Source: Thecamonas trahens ATCC 50062
Lineage: Eukaryota; Protista; Apusomonadida
Assembly (NCBI RefSeq): GCF_000142905.1
Contig: NW_013657677.1
Coordinates: forward strand, 434,001-498,000
DNA: 64,000 nt
Direction: 5' to 3'
Shown here: piece after piece, positions 1 to 10,374 of the stretch
Layout of the letters: each line of letters starts with the position of its first letter
How positions within the stretch are numbered: the stretch's first letter is position 1
Position numbers and translations under genes: made by a program
The notes under the pieces: generated by a model
Databases searched by the model: none
What the model was told of the DNA's origin: nothing
Seen by the model: only the letters and a program-made list of their open reading frames with translations

Positions 1-3000
1 CTTCCGTCGCGCGTGGGTCAGGCACCTCCTATGCCGCCCGCCACCGCAAGGTACGTGCTGTCGGCTTTTGGCGCCAGAGAGCAGACCGCGCCGGTCTCCT
101 CCCTCACACCCCTCCGCCTTCTCCTCCCCCTCCCCATCCCCCCCTCCTCCTTTTGAGGAATACTCACCATTCGCTCCCGTGGAGACATCTGCTTACAGGC
201 CCAGAGCTTGGCGTCGAAGCGTGTGCCACCGTCGGCTGCACATGGCCGTGGCGCGCGTGGCGGCAGCAGTGGGCGGGCGCGGCTGCCGGCGCAGGCGCGT
301 GTGATGGCCGATGACGGCGCACCCGAGCTGAGCCTCGGCGAGGCGCTGGCACAGCAGTCGGCCGGCTTTGATGTGGCGACAGGCAAGATCTCTGTGGTGG
401 GAAAGTTTGTGACTAGCGTTGGCGGGCGGCTGCCCGCGGGCGCAGCACAGGCCGAGACGCTGTTCCTCTCCAGCAACTCGATTGCGACAGCAGCACCGCT
501 GGCGCGGTTCCAAAACGCACGGGTCATCTCGCTGGCTAACAACCTTGTGTCGTCGTTTGATGATGTGGCTGCGTTGGCTGCGCTGCCCTCACTCAGTGTG
601 CTCTCGCTCGAGGGCAATCCCATTGTCGAGCTGCCGCTGTACCGGCCTCGGCTTCTGCTCCTCCTCCCGCGACTCCGCATGCTCGACGGCGTCGAGACTT
701 CTGCTTCCGAGCGCAAGGCCGCCGAGGCTGCTGTGGCGGCGTTCGAGACGACGTGGGACCTGCTGCTTGGTAATGCCGCAAGCGTGGCAAGGCTGGAGGC
801 GTCACGGGCAAAGGCCGAGATGCATCTTGAGCTGGCAGCGCGCGGTGGTCAGCAGCTGGGCCCCGGATTTGAGACCGACAAGGTGCTTGCGCTCACTGGT
901 GGCGACGCACGCGAAGGGCTCAGCATCGAGCAGGCCGAGGCGCTGGAGGCCGGAGTCATGGAAGCCGCGCTCGCACTCCGCGACGATCGACCGGGCCTCT
1001 CGTGGGGCGACGCCTTTGACGCTCTTCTCCTGCAGCAGCAAACCCGCATCCGAAGCCTGCTCGCAGAGCTCGACCAGGTTGCTTCCGAGACCAAGGCTGT
1101 TGCAGCAACGGCAAGCACATCGTCGACCTCGCTGGTCGAAGAAGCTGTAGCCGCTGCGGCCGAGGCCGAGGCCGAGTTGCGCCGCGAGCGCGAGCTCGTC
1201 ATCTCCGAATTTGTAGCCACCGCTCGCGCCGCCGAGGTAGACGCTCCTCCGCAAGCGCCTCGACGCAAGCTGCAGACGAGTGGAACGTTGCCGGCTGCCC
1301 CGAGCGAGGGCAAGAAGCGCAAGCTCCGGCGTCCCAAGCCGACCAAGATCACTCGGCACAAGGTACGCGCCCAAGAGCAACTGGTGCCCGCGCGGCGCCC
1401 TTTGCCGATGGCTGCCCCGGAAGTGCTGTCGACGCCGCATGCAAAGCGCGCACCGCGGCCAGCGCCCCACCCTGTGGCACAACCTGTTCCACACCGCCAA
1501 TCCCGCGCCGTCCCACATCTCACCGACGACAGCTGGTTCCGCGGAGGCGCACTGGGCGGCAGCCTGGCGCCACCCTCACCCGTCCCACCGCCTGTCCACC
1601 CCGGCCTTTATACGCAACAGCGACGGGTTGTGCCGCGCAACTCCAAGCCGCGACCCGAGCCGGAGCCACAAGAAGCGGCGCCAGCGGGCCCGCCGCCACA
1701 AGAGCCTTCTGCCGCTGAGGCTGAGGCGCTTGTTGCCGAGGTTGGACTGCTCCGCGATCGGTTGCGGAGCCAGGATAATCAGCTCGCCCAGCTTCAAGAC
1801 GTCCTTGACGACGTGGAGGAGCGATACGCTTCCGAGCTGGCGGACGCCCGGTCCACGATACGCGAGCTCGAGGGACTGGTGGCATCCGGAGACGAGTCGG
1901 CCAAGCGGCATGCCGACGGCGTGGACGAGCTGCTCCGTCTGCTCTCGTCAGCGCAGAGTAAGCGCGTCAGCGATGTACTTCCGGACGCAATCCGGATCCT
2001 AGGTGGCGGCTACGCGCTCGCGTCGCCTGCCACCCCGGATGCAAGCTGCGCCACAGGAGTGGAGGCAGCGACCCAGACTGCAGGGTTTGCCGCCATCACC
2101 GAGGCGGAGCTCGACGCAATGATGGGCGAGCTGGAGCGAGTTCGTGAAGAGCATGCCACAGCAGTGGCGAGTCTGGAGCGCGAGCTCAAAGCGCCGAGGC
2201 TGGACGGATCGAGGCTGCTGCCCGGGCCAAGGATGCGATGGCTGCGGCAAAGACAGAGCTCAACAACGAGCAACAATCTAGGGCCAAGGTCGAAGCTCAA
2301 CTCAGAGACGAGCAGACTGCGAGGAGCAAGACGCGCGAGGAGCTTGCAGCGCTTCAGGTCAAGCTTGACAAGGCTGTAGAGGGCGCCGCGGCACAGGCTG
2401 CGCGAGCCCAGCTCGAGATGGATGCACTGCGTTGTCGACATGCCGAGGAGATGGAAGCTGTCCAGGCCGCGGTTGCCGACCAGGTGGCGGCTGCAATCGT
2501 TCAGACTGAGCTGCAGCAAGAGCGCGGCGAGGAGGCAGTGCTGCATTTGGTTGAGAAACGGGTTTGTCGCCAAGCGTTTGCAACGTGGAAAGCCCGGACT
2601 GCCCAGTCTATGCGGGAGGCAGCGTGCGCGTCGCAGGTTGAGCTTCGGGCTCGGCGGCGCGTGCTGACGTCCAGGTGGCGGACATGGGACCATGAGATGG
2701 CACTGCGGCAGGCGGAGCGGTCAGTCGTTGTGATGCGGACGCTGCGAGCGGGAAGCAAGTGTCTGGCGCACTGGCGGCAGCGGACGGCTGCACGAGTTGA
2801 GGCTCGTTTCGTCGCTGCTGACATTGACTCGACCGATGATGTGCGCGCTGCATTGGAGGCGACCCAGGTCGAGCTCAAACGCATGCGTGTAGCGTTGGAG
2901 GAGGCCAAGGCGGAGGGCAAGGCTGAAGCTGAGCGCGTGCGCGTGGCTTTGGAAGTTGAGACAAGCCGCGTGCGCGCGGCGTTGGAGGAGGCGGATGCGG

Positions 3001-6000
3001 AAGTCAGCCAATTGCGTGCTGCGCTCGAAGCGGCGACGGCGGAGGCCGAGACGGCTCGGGCTGGACTGGCTGCGGCCGAGATCAGTCTCGCTGAAACACT
3101 CAGTGTCAAGAGCGACGGCAAAGATGCTGGCTCGGAGTTGGACGAAGCCGTGGTGCTGCGTAGTCAGCTTGAGAAGGCACTTGCAGCACACGCGCAAACC
3201 GAAGCGGAACTGGCGGTAGTGCGAGCATCACTGGAGGAGGCCGAGACCGACGCGGCGTCTGTACGGGCATCGCTCGCCGATGCCGAAGCAGCGCGTATCG
3301 AGGCCGAGTCACGCCTGGCTGTAGCCTCTGCGCGAGTCGACGAGAAGGCTGCACTGGTCGAGGCGCTTCAGAGTCAGTGTCGAGCCAGCAAGGAGCTGGC
3401 AGCGTCGGCTGAAGCTGACGCACAGAGTTGGCAAGCTGAGGCGGCGGTTCTTCGTGAGAGTGCGCACGAGGCAGCCCGGCTGGAGGCCGTTGTTGCCGAG
3501 CTGCAATCAACGGTCGAACGGATGGAGAGTGAGGCACGTGTGATGAGCACTGAGCTGGAGCGTTCTCGTGGACTGGAGGCTGAGGTCGCGGAGCTGCAGT
3601 CTCAGGTTGTTGAGCTAGAGACTGGCGCGACAAAGCTGACGAGGTCACACGACGACGACGGCGCGCTCTCCGAGCTGCGTTCCCAGTTGGACGACCTTGT
3701 GTCCAGCAATCGGGTGATAGAGACGGCTGCAGAGGAGCAAGTGGCTGCGCTCGAGGCCAAAGTCGAAGAGCTCCGGGCCGAGCTGCAGCAGGCAGGCGCT
3801 GATGTGGATGGCAACCGCGCAGCATTGGATCAAGCCGAGGCCGAAGCCGTTGCGGGGCGTGCGACTATCGAGAGGCTCCAAGTTCTCTTGGAAGTTCGAG
3901 AGGCGGATGTGCAGCGTTTGCAGCGTGAGCTCGAGCAGGCCGGCTCCGAGTCGGACTCGCGGGTGGAGTCCCGACTGGCGGATGTCGAGGTACTGCTCAG
4001 AGAGCGCCGAGAGGACGAAGCGCGCCTAGCAGCGCAGCTTGTGGCACGTGAGAACGAGCTGGCGGCTGCATCGCGTACCTCGAACGCTGGGGATGCCGCA
4101 CAGCTTGCGGCAAGTGTGGCGCAGCTGGAGCGTGAGCTTCGGGACCGCGAGGTGCAGATCCACAAGTTGGAGCTAGTGGCTGCAGTCCGTGAGTCTGATC
4201 TTGCGCGGGCTCAAGAGCGGGTCGAAGATTTGCGTCACTCGGTGGGACAGCCAGGGCCACCTCCATTTGCGGGTGAGGCTGTAGACGCGGTACAGCTCCG
4301 CGCGGAACTGTTGCACTTGCGCGCGTATGAGTCGGAAGCAGCCGCGCTGCGAACGAGGCTGGCGGCAGCCGAGGGCCAGTTGTCGCGCGTAGACCGAATC
4401 GAAGCCGAAAATGAGCGGCTTCGACGACGAGAGCACGAGCTGCAGGCCGAACTTGCCGCGCTTCGAACCGTGGCAAAACCACCCACCACCAGCGACGAAA
4501 GCAAGGGGATGCAGGAACGCTTGGTTCGCTTGGAGGCGTTACTTGGACAAGGCGAAGCTAGCAGCGCCCAGGTGGCTGAGCTGACACGAAAGCTGGAGCA
4601 GAGCGAGGATGCAAGCCGAGTCGCCTCCCAATCGCTGTCGGAAGTGCAGACGGAAAATATCCATCTGAAAGCGCGCGTGGCCGAGCTCGAGCGAGTCGTT
4701 GGTCTGGAGCGAGGGCATGTCAAGTCGCTCAAGGAGGAGCTGGCGACACGTGAGTCGGATGTGCGGCGGCTGGAGAAGGAGTGCACCGAGATGCAAACTC
4801 GGGCTGCTGTGGCGAAAGCTGTGTCAGGCTCGACAGATAACCGGGCGTCTGAGGACCGCATCGCCAAGCTGGAGCACGAACTTGTGGTGCGTGACGCAGA
4901 CCTACGCACCCGCGAGGACGAGGTTGCTGCGCTACGGACCAAGGTTGCTGTGGCGGAGGCGATAGCCGGGTTAGGCGATGATGCCAGTGACCGAATTGCT
5001 CGTCTCGAGCACACCCTGGTTGTGCGTGACGCAGACTTGCGCGCGCGAGACGAAGAGCTCGCGGACCTCCGGCTGATGCTTGCAGAAGCCGACGCACCGC
5101 CATGTTTTGATCGAAGCGTAGAGGTGGATGATCGTGTGGCCAAGCTTGAGCACGAGCTTGTTGTTCGCGAGGGAGACTTGCGTGCGCGCGAGGACGAGGT
5201 TGTGGGGCTCCGATCGCAGCTGGCAGTTGCCGAGGCTGTGTCGGCGACGACCGACAATGCGGCGTTTGAGTCGCGGATTGCGATGCTTGAGCAGCAGCTG
5301 GCATCATACCGGGGCGATCTGCGTGCGCGCGAGGACGAGATTGTGGTTCTGCGGGCCCAGGCCTCATCCGAGGCGGCGCCGAGCAAGTCGACCGACGTGG
5401 CAGTGTACGAGTCGCGGATTGCGATGCTTGAGCAACAGATCACGGCGCGCGAGGGAGACTTGCGTGCGCGCGAGGACGAGGTTGTGGGGCTGCGGTCGCA
5501 GCTGGCAGTTGCCGAGGCCGTGTCGGCGACGACCGACAATGCGGCGTTTGAGTCGCGGATTGCGATGCTTGAGCAGCAGCTGGCATCATGCCGGGGCGAT
5601 CTGCGTGCGCGCGAGGACGAGGTTGTGGTTCTGCGGGCCCAGGCCTCATCCGAGGCGGCGCCGAGCAAGTCGACCGACGTGGCAGTGTACGAGTCGCGGA
5701 TTGCGATGCTTGAGCAACAGATCACGGCGCGCGAGGGAGACTTGCGTGCGCGCGAGGACGAGGTTGTGGGGCTCCGATCGCAGCTGGCAGTTGCCGAGGC
5801 TGTGTCGGCGACGACCGACAATGCGGCGTTTGAGTCGCGGATTGCGATGCTTGAGCAGCAGCTGGCATCATGCCGGGGCGATCTGCGTGCGCGCGAGGAC
5901 GAGGTTGTGGTTCTGCGGGCCCAGGCCTCATCCGAGGCGGCGCCGAGCAAGTCGACCGACGTGGCAGTGTACGAGTCGCGGATTGCGATGCTTGAGCAAC

Positions 6001-9000
6001 AGCTCANNNNNNNNNNNNNNNNNNNNNNNNNNNNNNNNNNNNNNNNNNNNNNNNNNNNNNNNNNNNNNNNNNNNNNNNNNNNNNNNNNNNNNNNNNNNNN
6101 NNNNNNNNNNNNNNNNNNNNNNNNNNNNNNNNNNNNNNNNNNNNNNNNNNNNNNNNNNNNNNNNNNNNNNNNNNNNNNNNNNNNNNNNNNGGTTCTGCGG
6201 GCCCAGGCCTCATCCGAGGCGGCGCCGAGCAAGTCGACCGACGTGGCAGTGTACGAGTCGCGGATTGCGATGCTTGAGCAACAGATCACGGCGCGCGAGG
6301 GAGACTTGCGTGCGCGCGAGGACGAGGTTGTGGGGCTGCGGTCGCAGCTGGCAGTTGCCGAGGCCGTGTCGGCGACGACCGACAATGCGGCGTTTGAGTC
6401 GCGGATTGCGATGCTTGAGCAGCAGCTGGCATCATGCCGGGGCGATCTGCGTGCGCGCGAGGACGAGGTTGTGGTTCTGCGGGCCCAGGCCTCATCCGAG
6501 GCGGCGCCGAGCAAGTCGACCGACGTGGCAGTGTACGAGTCGCGGATTGCGATGCTTGAGCAACAGATCACGGCGCGCGAGGGAGACTTGCGTGCGCGCG
6601 AGGACGAGGTTGTGGGGCTCCGATCGCAGCTGGCAGTTGCCGAGGCTGTGTCGGCGACGACCGACAATGCGGCGTTTGAGTCGCGGATTGCGATGCTTGA
6701 GCAGCAGCTGGCATCATGCCGGGGCGATCTGCGTGGGCGCGAGGACGAGGTTGTGGGGCTGCGGGCCCAGGCCTCATCCGAGGCGGCGCAGAACAAGTCG
6801 ACCGACGTGGCAGTGTACGAGTCGCGGATTGCGATGCTTGAGCAGCAGCTGGCATCATGCCGGGGTGATCTGCGTGCGCGCGATGATGAAGTTGCGGGCT
6901 TCGGACCGAGGCTGCCACTTCAGTCGTGCTCAAGAAGCGGCTGGCTGAGCAGGAAGCTGAAGGCCGCGACCGCGATGCCGAGCTGGCGTTGCTGCATGAA
7001 CAGCTAGATGCTGAGGTAAGTGAGAGTTCCGTGCTCCGCGACCGTATTGCTACCCTCGAGGCGGAGCTAGCCAATCAGGATGACGACATTCTGGGGTTGC
7101 GCGCACATGTGGTGCATGGGGATGGCGAACGCGAAGAATCCACCGGTATGGACGAGTTGGAGACGTGGAAGTCACGCGTGGCCGAGCTGGAGGTACTCCT
7201 CAGTGAGAATGATGCACCCGAAGCAAGCGCCCAGCACGTGTGCGCCTTTCAGGAGCGAGTGTCTGAGCTGGAAGCTGAGCTCGAGATCCGCGATGCTGAC
7301 CTCGGCAAGTACAAGGCAGATCTGGAGATGACCAATGTCCAGCTGGCAACAGCGCTGGACACGTCGGCCCTCAACGACCGCATCACGGAGCTCGAAGCTG
7401 ATTTGGATGCGCGTGAGACCGAGCTTCGGCGTCGTGAAGACGAAGTCGTCGAGCTCATGGCCAAGATCGCAGCAGCGGCGCTGGCCGAGTCAGCCCTAGA
7501 ACGGGTGCCCAAGCTGGAGGCTATGCTGGCAATGCGAGAGGAAGACCTCGCTGCTGCTCGAAACGAGCAAAAGGAGCTCGTGACGGAACTGGAGAAACGC
7601 AGCAGTGCATACGGTGTCGAACTGAAGCAGTTGAACGCTGAGATCGATGACTTGTCCGGTCTTCTTGCCGAGGCCGAGGCCGAAGCTGCAGCTGCAACAG
7701 ACATCTCACAGCAGTGCGCTGAAGAGAATACGCGACTGAAGGCCGAGATTGAGGATCTTGCATTTCAGTCAGCCTCAGGTCAGCATGCGGCGTGTACGGC
7801 CGAGATCGAACGTTTGCATGCGCGCATCAGTGTGCTCGAGGGCGAAGCCTCGATCCGCATGCACGAGGCTGCGGCGCTTGACACGGGTGCTGATGTCAAG
7901 CAGATTTTTGTCGGTGACAAGGCGACCCAGCTCGCGACTCATGCAACTCTTGCCGACCCCCAACTGGCGGAGCTCAAGGCACAGCTTGCTGCGGCCGACG
8001 ATCGCGTGGCCGAGCTCGAGACCAAGCTTGCCGCTGCCTCTGCGCGCGTGGCCGAGCTTGAGACCAAGCTTGCCGCTGCCTCTGCGCGCGTGGCCGAGCT
8101 TGAGACCAAGCTCGCTGCGGCAGATGCTGAAGCGACCAAGTCCGAAGCCGAGCGCATGGCCGCTGCAACCGCACCTGCCGATTCCCGATCACCCGAGCTC
8201 GAGACCAAGCTTGCCGCTGCCTCTGCGCGCGTGGCCGAGCTTGAGACCAAGCTCGCTGCGGCAGATGCTCAGGCGACCAAGTCCGAAGCCGAGTGCATGG
8301 CCGCTGCAACCGCACCTGCCGATTCCCGATCACCCGAGCTCGAGACCAAGCTTGCCGCTGCCTCTGCGCGCGTGGCCGAGCTTGAGACCAAGCTCGCTGC
8401 GGCAGATGCTCAGGCGACCAAGTCCGAAGCCGAGTGCATGGCCGCTGCAACCGCACCTGCCGATTCCCGATCACCCGAGCTCGAGACCAAGCTTGCCGCT
8501 GCCTCTGCTCGCGTGACCGAGCTCGAAGCAGAGCTTGAAATGCTTTCAGATGCTGAAACTGGACGGCCGACCCACAGTTCACGTGACGCACACGCTGCCC
8601 TTGCGATGGCGTCGTCGACGTCGGCGAGCCACCTCGACCGTATTCTTGCGCTCAAGGAGAAGCTGGATGCTAAGGACGCACTCATCGCGGCTCTGCGTGC
8701 TGCGCTCACCCGCGAGGCTCGCACCAAGCCGCTGTGGGACCGCATATCTGCCCTTGAGTCGCAGTTGGCGACCCGTGAGTCGGAGCTTGCGGCGACTGCG
8801 GCTGACCTTGCGCGCGCACGACTGTGCATGACTGCTGCACCGCAAGCTGCAGCGGCATTGGCTACGGTCGACGACGACGAGGCTCTCAAGCCGCTCTGGG
8901 ACCGGATTGCTGCACTCGAGGCCCAGCTTGATGCCTCGCGCGTCGAGCTATCGCAGGCGGCTGCTGCACTGGCCCGCACGCCGTTGCCGGCACTGGCACC

Positions 9001-10315
9001 TGCAGTGCCGGCCCCTATTCGCGACGAGACTGGCCCACTTTGGACCCGTATTGCCGATTTAGAGGCTCAGTTGGACGAAGCCCGGGCCGCCGAGCGGAGC
9101 AAAGATGTTCAACTGGCCGAGTCCGAGGCTGCACTCGCTGCCGCCCGCGGAGAGGCGACCCGCGCCAAGGCTGCTGACGCGCTCGCTGCCGATCTCCGCG
9201 GCCTGCGCTCCGTACTTCGGACGAAGGACGCCATCATTTCGCGGCTCCGTGACCAGCTTGCTGCTCAACCGTCGACATCCGCGTCAGACGCCGCTGCTTC
9301 AGCTGCTGCCGATGAGGTTGCCGCCCTTCACGCCGAGCTGGTCTCGGTTCGCGCGCGTGCCGAGCAGGAGCTCGTACTCGCGAGTCAGCAAGCTGCCCTC
9401 GACGTCGAGGCTGCCGCTCGCCAGGGAGCCCGCATTGCCGCCGACAAGACTGCCGAAGTCGATGTCCTCACCCGCCGAATCTCTGTTCTCAACGCTCGCC
9501 TCAACGCGCCTAGTCTGGTTATCCAGCCGCTGCGCGAAGCGCTTGCCCGCCGTATTTACCTTTCCAAGCTCTTCCGCAAGTGGGCGGCGTCGGCGTCGGC
9601 AGCGGCTGCCGATCGCATCCGTGCCAAGGACAAGGCCTTCTTTGCCTGGCGTCTGGTGGTTGCAGGCAAGCGGCTGGCCGCGCTCCGCGAGGATGCCGCC
9701 ACCGCGCTTGCAGGCGCACGGACTCGCAACCTCGCCCTCGGCATGTGGGTTCACTGGTGGGGGCGGACCCGGGACGCACTCGCGGATTCGTCGCGCCCGC
9801 AGCGCCCCGCCCGCCCTTCGCGCTCTGTGCAGGCACTCATGCTCGAGCGTGATGCTGCCAAGGCCGAGCTCACTGCGCTGCGCGCCGAAAAGGCGTCGGT
9901 CCGTGCCCGTGCGCGCAATCCCGCGCCGCCGCCGGTCGACGACCGCCTCGCCGCCGCTTTTGACATTGCCGCCTCGTTGCGCAAGCTTCTCGCCGACAAG
10001 GACGCCGAGCTCGTCTATACAAAGCGGTTGTTGGCCTCCGAGCGTGCTGAGAGCTCCAACGCTGCGGCCCAGCTGCAGATCCGCGTCTCGGAGCTCGAGC
10101 TCGAGCTTCGCCACATCCGTCAGCCACTTGCCCCGCTTGCACCCGAGCCGAACATACCCGCCGCCGCGGCGCAAGCGACGCAGCCCCCGCAAGACGCACC
10201 CTCTACCAAGCCAGACGCTAGTGCCGAGGCCCTGCGGCAATCCCTCGCCCGGCACGTTCTCGACCTTGAAGCCCAGGTGGCGTCGTTCTCCGACGCGGCA
10301 AGCCGATCGCGGTAG
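1..10315 (+). CDS. Giant (about 3300 aa, 5'-partial) protein with N-terminal LRRs, long coiled coil, internal tandem repeats and Sfi1-like motifs; probably centriolar or flagellar-root structural protein
   Basis: Exon <1..50, intron 51..198 (GTACGT...TACTCAC...TTACAG) joins in phase 0 to the frame of ORF 208..2379. LRR motifs LFLSSNSI, ISLANNLV, LSLEGNPI and LRR cap YRPRLLLLLPRLRMLDG. ORFs 208..2379, 2238..7007 and 6926..10315 join smoothly if one base is restored at about 2192 and about 6897. Confidence 0.8.
5168..6885 (+). repeat. Coding tandem repeat, 282-bp (94-aa) unit built of two related 47-aa halves, about 6 near-identical copies, spanning an N gap
   Basis: Identical shadow ORFs start at 5440, 5722, 6004, 6286 and 6568 (period 282). 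Unit REGDLRAREDEVVGLRSQLAVAEAVSATTDNAAFESRIAMLEQQLAS... Confidence 0.95.
8003..8528 (+). repeat. Coding tandem repeats: 42-bp (ELETKLAAASARVA) and 141-bp (47-aa) units
   Basis: CCGAGCTCGAGACCAAGC recurs at about 8193, 8334 and 8475; the 14-aa unit is repeated before it. Confidence 0.9.
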
Positions 10316-10374
10316 GGAGCCCAACCCAGAGTTGCCCAGCAAAACTAACTTTCAGTCTATCACCTGTCGCAACT

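Noticed and set aside
31-304. uORF from ATG 31 ending in TGA overlapping ATG 304
   Set aside because: The exon <1..50 is also open in the frame that splices into the main ORF, so a gene start upstream of the window is simpler
4235-6796. 853-aa antisense ORF and many other long overlapping ORFs, e.g. 46390..48498 (-), 30989..32902 (-), 31215..32243 (+)
   Set aside because: Shadow ORFs expected from high GC, biased codon use and coding repeats; no protein motifs
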